Assembly: GCA_001949185.1 (NCBI GenBank)
Contig: BDGG01000014.1
Location: 527,378-591,377, forward strand
DNA: 64,000 bases
DNA from: Ramazzottius varieornatus
Taxonomy: Eukaryota > Animalia > Tardigrada
Direction of reading: 5' to 3'
The notes under the pieces: generated by a model
Databases searched by the model: none
What the model saw: the letters and a program-made list of their open reading frames with translations, nothing else
Told to the model about the DNA's origin: nothing
Shown: positions 26,063 to 36,862 of the stretch, piece after piece
Layout of the letters: each line of letters starts with the position of its first letter
How positions within the stretch are numbered: position 1 is the stretch's first letter
Made by a program: the position numbers and the translations under genes

Positions 26063-29000
26063 TTACGCGAAATACATTCCCTTAACGTTTTCATGAACCT
26101 TAATGCGCCGGTTCAAAGCTTGCACGTCCAACGCCGGACCAGAAGACCCTGACGTCACAGTAGCCCTGTAAGGAACGCAAACAGCATAACGTGGTCATCC
26201 ACCGACTGGAGAAATTAGATGGCAGTTGGCCAACAAACTGGACAAGATCGTTTTCCGAACAGGCGCATGCTCCCAAACAACAACACCGCAAATGTGCGCC
26301 ACTTGGAAACTCAACAAGATCGTTCTCAAGAGTGGCGCACGTCTACTAACAATGGAGACGTGCGCCACGTAGGAAACGATCTTGATGAATTTTCTCAAGT
26401 GGCGCCCGCTGTCGATCAGAAACAGTGCGACCGTCTGCCACTTGGGAAAGCAGGCTATTGTCGAGTTTGTTCGCCGATCTCCCGTTTTTTTGAAAATATT
26501 AATTTCCTCTTTCCGAATTCTTCATGGTGAAAAGCGACGTTCCTGATGAAGCAACGGAACTTACGTGTCATTGCCAAAGGGTTCCTCCAAGTGAGCCCGA
26601 GCGCGGAAGGCTACGTGATGGGCGTAGTAGACGGGAGCCGGAATGGAGACGCTTCGGTTGCAGCGAGCGTAGACGTAGGTCAGGTAGTACGAGAAGAGCT
26701 GAATCTCATCCGCCGTATACTTGCTGTCGTCGTACAGGACGTTGTAGTGAGCCGGACGGGAAGTACCCTGTTTGAAAAAAAGCCGTGTTTCTTACCATAA
26801 AACCATTGCGGATCATTTTCAGGTAAAAAGTACTTACTTGGATTCCGAAATGGCTGCAGGTGAACCAGTCAAATTCCAGGTAGTGACAGATGGCCGTATC
26901 GGTTGTGGTCCCTGCAACGAGTGTCGAGGTATCAAGCGAGATCATCTTATACTGACCGGAGAGTTCGACCAAATGTTTCAGAAGGATGGTCGTACCGGGA
27001 GGAACGTTGCCAGCTTTGCCGACGGCATCTGTGCGGGGATTCGCTGCAAACAGGCGAGTGTTGTGTCGCTTTCCCACTACAATGTACCTGAAAAAAGAAA
27101 GTTTAATTGTTTAGATAAAGTACGACACATCCTCCATGAACAATCATCATCAAACGGAGCTTCTGAAACGTACTCAAAAAGTTACTGCAAGTGGCGCACA
27201 TTACCGGCCAATAAAAATGTGAACGTGCGCCACCTGAGAAAATAACCTCGATAAGATCGTTTTCTCCAAGTGGCGCGGGCTTTAATCCATGAACAATATA
27301 ACGTGCACCACTCAGGAAAACACTCACACTCGACGATATCGTTCTGCCAAGTGGCGCACGCTCACGGCCAAAAACACTGGAAGTACGCGCCACTTAAGAA
27401 AGTAAACTTGTCTCGTTTGTTTGCCGAGCTCACAACCGCAAACTGCTTCTCTAAAATTTTGGGACTTACGTGATAGGAGGCTTGTAAGAGCCATCAGGAA
27501 CCAGCTCCATGCAGGCTTTCTGGATGGCGCTCAGTTCTTCCACCATGACCTGCAGACAAAATTTCGTATCGAACATTACCTGACAATAAAACCGTACGTG
27601 AATACTCGTATTCATCAAGAGAAAACTGGACTAGGTGGGACTTACGTGGAAGTACTGGCCTTCAGAGACGCCATCGCGGTAGAAGATGATGCGCTGTGGT
27701 TCTCGGTTGCCACAAAGATTCTTGAACTCGATCAAGAGATCGCGGATCATGTCCTTCAGCGTGTCCATAATTTCCTGGCGCGCTCCCTGAGCCCGCACGC
27801 GCGCTACGTACTTGGTGAAAGACTTGTTGTAGGAAGCCACCACTGCCGCTACCGACGGCTTGGCCTTCTCACCTGCAAACAGACCACAGTACTTTTTTCC
27901 GCCAGATAATATTCAAAACCAAAGCTCGGAAAATAAAATAATGCGGCCACGTGGGATATTACCTGGAGAAGGATGCGTAACATCGGCTCCGAAAATAATA
28001 GTGGGCTAAAAAACGAGCGCAATATCAGTAACACGCTGAAGTTAGGACTGATGCAGTGATGCTGCCATTTTTCTACAGTAATGTCTATTAAGGCCGTGCC
28101 CGACATGTACCAGTCAAGGCCGTGCTCAGCACGAACTCGACCGGGGGTTTCGTAGAAAAAAGGCAGAATGTGAACAATGGCCGAAGTAACTTCTTTCAAA
28201 TTTTCGTGTGAAAAATGTACTTCGAAAGAGGTGGAAATATGTACCTTGTCGACGAATCGCTTCAAGATGGCGTTGTTGGGACTGATTTCCTTGACTTCGG
28301 TGTTGATACCGCCCAGCTTGGCGTTGATCTTGAGCATGACGTTGCTGACGTACTGATTCATGATGCGCTTGTTCCAATGGTCCTCAATCTTTTGGCCCAG
28401 GACGACCTGTGTGACGATACCCACCTCCACATCACCGGCCTTCTTTATATCGGCATACTGCGGACCACGACGGGGAATGGCCACCATGATCAGCTGCAGA
28501 TCTTTGTTCTTCGCTCGCTCTTGCTGAAACATCTTGATGAAATCCGGGTTGTTGGAAGCACGCGGAGCCATGCTGGGCTTGGAGATGTCCATCCCACGTT
28601 GCCTGAAAGCACCAAAGAATGAAACCCAAACCCAAACACCAAAATCTACTGACAGTTTTTGACAGCACGGCAAACAAATCCGACAAGATAATTTCCCCAT
28701 GCGACGCACGTCCTCTATGTTATTGGCTGAAAGCGTGCGTCGCTTGCGAAAAATGAATTTGATTTGTGTTCTCAAGTGGCGCACTATTACCGTGTCACTG
28801 CCCGGAAGTGTGCGCAACTGTCAAGTTTGTTTGCCAAGATCACGAAAAGGCGAAGTTATTGACAATGTCACCAGTGTAAATTCTAACCTGCCGACGCCGA
28901 TGAATTCGCTGAGGAAGACATCCAACGGTTCGTCGTCGTTCAGCATAGCTGGATCGCACAGGTTGACAAAGACCCAGTGTTTTAGAAGCTTCGGATCCTT

Positions 29001-31449
29001 GAAGGGAACATTGCGCGCTTCCCATGTTCCGTCCATCCTTTTCACCGACAGCTACCACCAAAGCAAAATTGAACTGAATCATTCAAAATACGGACAATCG
29101 AAAAGCGCTACCTTAAAAACACTTACATCTCCCTTGGGTCCTCCAGCTGACATGGTCGGTGCTGGCAGGATGCGACCATCGAAAGCCACCATCTCAGAAG
29201 CCACTTTGATACCAAAAGCATCCAGAAAAACGTTCTTATCGTAGTTGACCCTGGAAGAATCCTTGCGCAGCTTGTTGATGCGAACCTCCCTGTCAGGAGC
29301 TGCAAACAAAATCCACCGTTAAAAAAATTGAAACCTCGGCAAGTAAACTCATCAAGATCGTTTTCCCAAGTGGCGCACGTCACGTGTTAGGACTAGTGGC
29401 TGGTAACGTGCGCCATTCGAGAAAGCGTACAAGTCGTTTTCTCAAGTGGCGCAGGTAACCAGTATCGTTGGCTTATAGCGCGCGCCGCTTAACAAAGAAA
29501 TCTCGCACGTGTCGTTTACCAATCTCTCACTCTTATTATTCCATCTACGATAAGTCGCAGTTTGTTTGATTATTTTCTGTCCATCGAAAAACGAAGCAAT
29601 GTACCGGGTTGAGCGCATTTCCTGACCATGATGGCAGTCTGGTCTTCATTCAACTTCCGGGGAACTTTCTGGCTCATCAGCTCGCAAACTTCCATCGGCA
29701 TCATAGTCTTGCCGCTGCCAATCTACCAAGAAACAAAACGTTATGAAGACGTCGAAATAATCTGCAAAACCAGTGTGTGGCGAGCGTACTTGGAGAAGTG
29801 GTAAGTTGGGGTACTTGAGCACAATCTTGTATTCGTTCTTGAAGTAGTCCGCCACCGTCACCATCTTGCCCTTGTTTTCGAACTTGTGACTAGCAGCTGT
29901 CGCGTTAGCCACGCCAGTTACACGTTGTCGACGAACACCCGTAGGACCATGCCGCATCTCCACCTTCAACGTTCTCATTTCGCTGTCGAAAGACTTGCGT
30001 TGGAAGTCGTTCAGCTGGGTTGGGGCGGGACGGTAAGGCGGTGGCTGCTCTCCCGGTCGCGCAAAAGGAAGCTTGCCACCGATGAATTCCCTCAGGAACT
30101 CCACCACGTTCATCTTCTTGTAGAAAGCTGTATTGGCCACGTCCAGGTTCAGTGTAATTCCCCATTGGCACGGTCGGGCACTCTGGAATGAACAGAAGAA
30201 CGTTGAAGACGCACCCAAATCACTTTCCGTGAATAATGACCGGGTTCCACTACAGTAGGATCTAAAATAGACAAACAGGGCGTACTAATTTACGGTTCGC
30301 TTTGAAAGTGCACCACTACGCAAATTTCAACCGCTGTTCGTCCACCTGCATACACGAATAACCTTTACGGAGTTCTATACCAGGGTATGCAGGTACGTAC
30401 AGTAGGGGTTCAGCCTTCCACCTGCATACACATTAAACCGTATTAAGCGTGACATTGAAGTATGCAGGTTTATGAAATACAAGTCTTCTATTGTTGAACT
30501 TTCATTTGCTTCTACAGTTTTCCCTACGTCAACTTTACTCAACAATTGTCAAGAACTTACGGAATAAATTCCCGGCCAAGTTTCACGGCCCCATCCCAGC
30601 CCGAAGGTATAGTTTGGATCGCGAAAGTAGATCGACCGTCCAGCAGCAATGTTCGTTTCCGTCGCCATTGCAGCCTCTCTGAACACCGTGTTGATGCATC
30701 CAAACACCTCGATGGGGAACTTCTTGCTGTGATCCTTCATGCTTTCGCCCAAGACAGCCCAGGAAACAGCTGACGGGTTGCAAGGCTTCACCGTGACCGT
30801 TGCCACAACCTCCGATCCATCGGGATCTTTTGGGACAGTCACTGTGGCTGTGTGGCCATCCTTGGATGCCATCTTGGCCTCCTTGGCTGTATAAAGGATC
30901 TTCTCGCCGTCAAAAACGGGCATGGAATCCCCAAAGACAGGCTTGAGGGTCGCTGCCACGTAGGCTTTCCAAATCTTTCGCTTGACAGGCTTGGAGATTC
31001 GTGGCGCATCTCCTTCCCCACCTCTGGGTGCCCTGTTGGGCTTGCCATCGCCTTTGCCGCCTTCCCTGGCTTTCTTCTCCACAGTGATGTCCACATCGTA
31101 ACGGAAGAAGAAGCCCTTTGTGGGACAGGCCACCTTGAAGCGATTTGAGCGAAGCCTGAAAAAACGCACATAATCACAACGCACCAATAATACAATCATG
31201 GTGCATGACGACACCGTAAACAACAGCCGTAAACAACAGCTGTATATCCTAGAGTAAACGGAGCTGGAAATTATGATGTAATGAGCGAATTGAAAACAAT
31301 GAGGAAATGACGAACAGACGGTTTCCACACAAAAAGCTAACGGTTGATTACTTGATACGATCGCCTAGCCCCCCAAAATCTGGTCGGAGGATTGGCTGCG
31401 TTGGATTGCTCGGCTGAGCTCCAACGATGGTCGCCACTGGACCAGACAT
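26063..31449 (-). CDS. AGO: Argonaute (AGO clade), 14 exons, ~906 aa
   Basis: Exons 31449-31352, 31155-30561, 30182-29790, 29722-29605, 29299-29127, 29051-28888, 28602-28245, 28005-27963, 27872-27646, 27549-27470, 27087-26996, 26911-26838, 26767-26565, 26165-26063 sum to 2721 nt with consistent phases. Motifs [85 protein letters not shown]-terminal MYFA*. Confidence 0.95.
26228..26476. repeat. Intronic hairpin array, family A (3 units), AGO intron 13
   Basis: Starts ggccaacaaactggacaagatcg, ends ttgtcgagtttgttcgccg; three ggcgc..gcgccac-type hairpins. Confidence 0.85.
27165..27426. repeat. Intronic hairpin array, family A (3 units), AGO intron 10
   Basis: caagtggcgc at 27188, 27267, 27348 (periods 79 and 81), each closed by a gtgcgccacttg-like arm; ends gtttgtttgccg. 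Confidence 0.9.
28668..28835. repeat. Intronic hairpin array, family A (2 units), AGO intron 6
   Basis: Bounded by cggcaaacaaat / agtttgtttgcc; gcgacgcacg..cgtgcgtcgc and caagtggcgcac..gtgcgcaactg. Confidence 0.85.
29337..29500. repeat. Intronic hairpin array, family A (2 units), AGO intron 4
   Basis: cggcaagtaaactcatcaagatcgttttcccaagtggcgcacgt..acgtgcgccattcg; ctcaagtggcgcag..gcgcgccgctt. Confidence 0.85.
30344..30469. repeat. Intronic hairpin array, family B (2 units), AGO intron 2
   Basis: acctgcatac(30344)-31 nt-gtatgcaggt(30385); acctgcatac(30420)-30 nt-gtatgcaggt(30460); period 76. Confidence 0.85.
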
Positions 31450-32355
31450 GATCGAAAAGTATCCAGTAATCCAATACAGTACTTATCCGAGGTGCGGAAT
31501 CAGAAATGAGTAGGGAAGCAGGAATAAACGCGGAACTTCAGAGTGAGTAACTCCAACAAGTTAAATGAAGTCCGTTTTAACTTACCAGCGTTCTTGGAAA
31601 ATCAGCGCAAACCTCAAAGTTGTAAACACTGCACAGCTGAGCGTCTACATAAAAGAAATCACCACGTGGTGTCTACCGCCATGAGTCTGCCATCGAAAGT
31701 CACGGGACTTGGCTTCTTATATTCGTGTTGCGCATTTTTGGGCCTATGATGTCATCGCAGACACTTGAAACCTTCTGTTCGCAGTTCGTGCGCTTGCGTT
31801 CAGTGCGTATAAAACAGGTTTGTACTTTCGCCATCGAAGCTCTTTGACTCTTGACTATCTTCCTTCGCTGAACAAGCTCTTGAGAATTTGTCCTTGGAGT
31901 CGTTAGAGGTCAGACACGATTTCTGATTGCTGGTGTTCGTCAGCTGCGCGAGGTCCCTATCCCCATCAGTGCTCGGTTGTTCCCGAGCTTTGCGAAGCCG
32001 TTAAGGATTTGCAATGAGATTTTTGTTGAGTGAAGGCTGAGGAAAGCTGGGCTGTTTTTACTGCGATAAAAACTCGATACATTTCCCGGCTCGGATAAGA
32101 AAGGAGAGCGCAATGGAACAGCATACGCGTGTTGTTGAGACGTGCCATTTATCCCAGCCTCCGATTCTCTAACTAGTTCTGCATTGTTTTTGGCCCCTTT
32201 TGAAGTTTTATGTAGAAAGGAATTTTTGTTCGGTGTACACTCATATCAATAGTTCAAGGTCTCACAATGTAGCAAACTGGCCGCGGCGAGCCCGTAATAA
32301 CGAGGCAACTTTCAATGGTAGAAAAACGCGCCGATTGATGCAGCCAGTCCCCACA

Positions 32356-33809
32356 TTATCGTAATCGGTAATCGGTCGTGCATGAGTTGCATGGAGAACG
32401 AGGGTCATTAATCAGTCGGTCCAACGGCACTTTACAGCGACAGCCAGCGGGACAAACTTTTGCTTTGGGTCCTCCACAGAAGGCGTTGGCGCAGTTTGGT
32501 GCGCCAATTCCGATGGGGGCGTAAATGTACTGGGTTCTTGGGGTAAGCTGGCGGTCACCATGTCTCCTTCGCGCTTCAGTAACCGATGGAATCGGAGTAC
32601 TGGTTGATGGAGGCGGTGGTTCCGTAGTTGAGGTGCTACCTGCGGGTGGCACAGTGCTTGCGCCGGACGGTGCAGGCCTGTCGCTTTCTGCTGGGTCCCG
32701 GGTAGTTACTCTGGGTGACGTCGACGGAACTGGTGTCTCGCCGTCTGGCTTCCCTGTAACTCCACCGGTACCGCTGCCATCAGCAACTGGAGGTGTTCCG
32801 GTCCGCCTGTTAGTTTTCTCTCCCGTAGGTGCCGGTGTGACGCTATCTGGTTTTCCGTCCTTGTAAGTGGGTTTTTCTTTTCTGTCGTCTGGAAAATTAC
32901 ACGGTGCGTACATGTACTAATACAGTAGTTGCTGCGACCGCTTCAGAGTGTAGTGGTTGCATGTAACCGTTTTCTTCCAGAGATCCATCATACATATCAC
33001 TCAAATGTATAAACTGGTACCTGCGTCCTTCTGTCGTATTCCTTTGGAATCTTCGGACTTTGAGCCGGGCTTCGACTGACCTATGGAGAAGCAACGTAAA
33101 AGTCGAAATGGGGGAGATTTTGACCAAAGCAGGGACTAACGATGGAGGTGCGAAGCAATTTGATGTGATCCTTCTGGTCCTTTGACAGACGAATGAGGTA
33201 CATCCTTCGCTCTAACGTTATCTCTGGAGGAAGACGCGGATTTCGGGGTTGCTTTGCCTGTAAGAATGGCGTGTTTTCTACAGTTTAATCAAATCCCGCT
33301 GTAAATCGATATCGCAAGCCGGAAACAAATACTGAGAATTGCTCCAGTTTACCTGCCCTCGCTTCGAGTTCAGTCTGAACATTTGTTGAGTCAGCTTTTG
33401 AAGCCGACCCTGCCGGAGCTGACGGACAGGCCAACGGCGTATCTGACTTGGATGGACTTGAATCGGCGGTTAGACTTCCGGCGCGACTAGATGCCGGGGA
33501 CGCCGACGCTTGACCGCCACTTGAGCTTGGGCTCCCACCAGAGCCCGAACCTGCGGCAGCTGGGGCATTAGACGAGCCGGAGCTCAAACTCGAAGAAGCG
33601 CTTGACGAGCTGATAGCGGGACTAACTCCCGAACTTGCGCCGCTACTGCCGCCGCTCGCAGGTGGACTGCCGCTCCCACCCCCACCCCCACCACCACCAC
33701 TGTTCTTTGCTGCAGATCCACCCCGATCGCGAGACTGTAGCCGAACGGTTGGTAGAAGGCATAACAAGCCGCAGAGACATAGCGTTAGAACGAGAGAAGA
33801 TTTCTTCAT
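32356..33809 (-). CDS. Secreted Ser/Gly/Pro/Thr-rich low-complexity protein with C-terminal Cys-rich domain (~4 exons)
   Basis: Signal peptide MKKSSLVLTLCLCGLLCLLPTVRL; poly-G/S tracts; phase-1 junctions lead into ORF 32356-32913; ends CANAFCGGPKAKVCPAGCRC...PCNSC. Confidence 0.7.
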
Positions 33810-34333
33810 GGTGTATGTAAGCATTGACGGCCACAGAAATATGCATACGGACACAGTTGACTTTACTGTGGGAGTGAAGAATCATCGCAACTGCAATACA
33901 GTAAGCTACCTTTTGTTTCAAACAAGTTGGCATGCGCTTTTGCTCCAGTGGCTGATAATCAATTGCAGCTTCTTGTGCTCTAAACTTTTACGCGCATTAC
34001 TTACACAGAATTTTTGTTTTACAACCATGTCAATTCATTATTCTCACTGCAGGAGTCGTAAGCTTTTTATTGCGCGGGTCATCCAGTCTCGAAGTTCAGC
34101 CGGTACCTCCTTTACAGTATGATATCATAACTTGATCGGCCTTTCGACACAGAAACTGCGCAGCAGGGGATCACAGCTAGATGTCGATATGCTGTTAAAT
34201 TTGTTTTGATTCTGCTTTCTGAAAGTTCTCAAGTTACTTCGTGCCAAATCAACAAGGCTGAAGGCTTTGCAGGCTCCAAGTATCTTTGCTTATGACGTGC
34301 GACGTTTGCAAGGTACTGTAAATTGCAACCCAG

Positions 34334-34948
34334 GTGACAACACAAGCAGAAATGAACCACCGACCACGACAACCAACAGGACAAGACTTCTCTAGGGTCC
34401 CACCACATCTGGAAATCACCCCATGCTATGCCAAGGACATCCGACGACACGTACTGCGCTTTGTTTTTCGCCTTGTGCTAATAACCCTTTGTGTCTTCTT
34501 CGTGACTTTGAAATTCCTGTATGACGATTTCCTGGCGGGTCAGGTGGACCGGGGTTATCGTTGGCAGATGATGCGGAAGTCCAGGCCTGAAGTAGAGGGC
34601 GGAGATCCAGCCGCATTTGTATCGATACTCGTAGGCGAAAGAAACGTGAAAGACCGGTTCGCTGAAGATGGAAAATATCCGCTTCTAGTGCCGAGATTTA
34701 CTGGGTACGGATACACGCTCCAAAGCGCCACCTGGGATGAGAAATATTTTCGTGCTGCGCCATGTTATAAACTGAGCAAAAAAAGCAGGAAACTCCTTTC
34801 GACGTCATCGGACACTCATAGAGTATTCACTTACCTGTCAGACAACCACAGCCTTCATACCTGTAAAAGCACAATACGGAGAGCTGAGTCAGCTGTAAAC
34901 CACAGCGTGGTGTGTTCGTTGCAAGAAAAAAACAACAACCGGATTTGA
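34334..34948 (+). CDS. Possible type-II membrane protein, unknown function
   Basis: 204-aa ORF with a single hydrophobic stretch FVFRLVLITLCVFFVTLKFLY; no recognisable family. Confidence 0.3.
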   Translation: MTTQAEMNHRPRQPTGQDFSRVPPHLEITPCYAKDIRRHVLRFVFRLVLITLCVFFVTLKFLYDDFLAGQVDRGYRWQMMRKSRPEVEGGDPAAFVSILVGERNVKDRFAEDGKYPLLVPRFTGYGYTLQSATWDEKYFRAAPCYKLSKKSRKLLSTSSDTHRVFTYLSDNHSLHTCKSTIRRAESAVNHSVVCSLQEKNNNRI

Positions 34949-35048
34949 TCTCACTAGCTGAGAGAAGCTTTGCTCAGCTGAGGGCCATCGCGGAATATAC
35001 CGATTAGAATTCAACAATCAACCCGCGGCCAGCGAGCTGACGCTGTGT

Positions 35049-36862
35049 ATGTTTCCTATGGCTAGTTCGATCTCTTTGCTTTTATGCGTCTCCGGAGTTC
35101 TTTCTCTACAGAAGATCCATGTTGTCCAGACTCAAAGTACGCCATGGATAGAGGGAGGGAACACTGCACCAAACTTTCAGCTAACGCCTCAGCAGTTTGA
35201 CGCAGCCCAACCCACAGCTGTATCCCAAGCGACACCTGTCAACAACCAAGAGTCTAATGTCGTCGACGCTAACCCGACGGAACCGCGGATGGAGGATGGC
35301 GGGAAAATGTTCCTGGGAGTGTTGTCATCCTACCTGGAATATGAGACCTTCAAGAATAATAAGGAGGATGACAACCGACCTTTGTCCGTCTTTTATGAGG
35401 GCTTAGGCCAGTAATACCTGCTATTCACTGCTGTCTTAATCATAAAATCTTAACGATGAATATATAATTTTTTGTTGGTGTCTTTATTATAGGGTGGTTC
35501 TATCGCAATGGTTCCTTGTCAAACATTGACCGCCTACCAGCGTCACCAGCTGAAGTGGACACCAAGTTCCTCCTGTATACCGCACCGAATCAAATGACAG
35601 GCCAGTTGTTGAACTATGCCAATGTTAGCAGTATCCACTTGTCCAATTTCCAACCGGGATGGCCCACCGTGGTCATCACCCATGGTTTCAAGACGTCGAC
35701 GGGCACAGCCTCCTTGCAGTGGGTGATGCTTTACATCGACGCACTTTTCCGGAGGGTTAGTCTCTCACTTGTCATTTTGGAAAGGCCAACTGGCCACAGA
35801 GAAACGAGTCATCTTGTCGTTACAGCAAGGACCTGGGAACTACATCGTGACGGACTGGTCCAAAGGCGCACAAGCTCCAGAATACTGGGCCGCCGCAGCC
35901 AACGCCCCGTTGGTTGGCGCACAGCTGGCTCGTCTGATTGAGCTACTCTGGTACGCACAATAGTTCATGAAGCATGGCCTATACCAGTATAAAAATGGCA
36001 AATAAGATTTTCAATTGTGGTTGCTTACAGTGAGGTTAAGGGAGCCCAACCGCAGTCGATCCAACTGATCGGCTTCTCCTTGGGCGCCCACGTGTCCGGC
36101 TTCGCCGGTAAGCGGCTAAAGTTAACCAGCGGCAAGATTGCCAGGATTGTCGGCCTGGATCCAGCTGGTCCACTCTTCGAAGATGCTCCAGCCGGTGGTC
36201 GCTTGAGCAAGGGCGACGCCGACTTTGTCATGACTGTCCATGGCAGCGCTGATGGCGTCAAGAATGGCGGACTGGGCATCTGGTCGCAAATCGGCGACGT
36301 GGACTGTAAGATCACCTTTTTTTTACATTACGCTCTTTTTTCTTTGTTGATCGTCCCCGCTTTTTAATTTTTCAGTTTACGCAAACGGAGGAAAGTAAGT
36401 TTGGGACTTTTGTCGTCGATCCGCAGGTGTTTTGTCCTCATGAAGTGTGTTTGTAGAACTCAACCAGGTTGCGGACATATGATTTCGACAGCCATTGAAA
36501 ACCTTCTCAAGCTTGATTGTAAGTTTCCTCAAGACGGCTGGAAATTTAGCACTGCGCTGTCAAATTTCCCTTGACGCTACTTTTTTGCAGTCAAAGCCGT
36601 ACCGGAAGCCATTCAGTGCAACCACAACCGCAACTGGATGTACGTCCTGCAGACGTTCGACCCACTGTGCGCGTGGCCAGCTGTCCCATGCGACGCATAC
36701 CCCAACGTCCGTGCTCGAGCATGCCACCGGCTGGCGCCCACCGACCAGGACCAAGCCTTGAGTTTTTACCTCAACAACTGGCCTTCCAGCAGTAAAATGT
36801 TCTTCGACACCAATGGCCCAGCTGGACCTTCCGGATCCGCTTGTGGTACGTCAGCCCGCTAA
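35049..36862 (+). CDS. Pancreatic-lipase-family lipase, multi-exon
   Basis: Signal peptide; TKFLLYT, ITHGF, NYIVTDWS, nucleophile elbow GFSLGAH, GLDPAGP, DADFV, NGG..QPGC, CNHNR. Confidence 0.9.

Noticed and set aside
28092-28135. GTCAAGGCCGTGC shared between AGO intron 7 (28113) and a transporter intron (58900)
   Set aside because: Only a 13-bp match with no definable termini. Probably remnants of another repeat, too weak to call.
26228-29500. CRISPR array interpretation of the repeat-loop-repeat structures
   Set aside because: The context is eukaryotic with no cas genes. Arrays have only 1-3 units, the arms are inverted around the variable segment, and the variable segments share a degenerate consensus, so they look like diverged copies rather than acquired spacers.
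28215-31148. Plus-strand ORFs 28215-28622, 28699-29244, 29886-30191, 30852-31148
   Set aside because: They are antisense shadows of Argonaute exons with no independent motifs.
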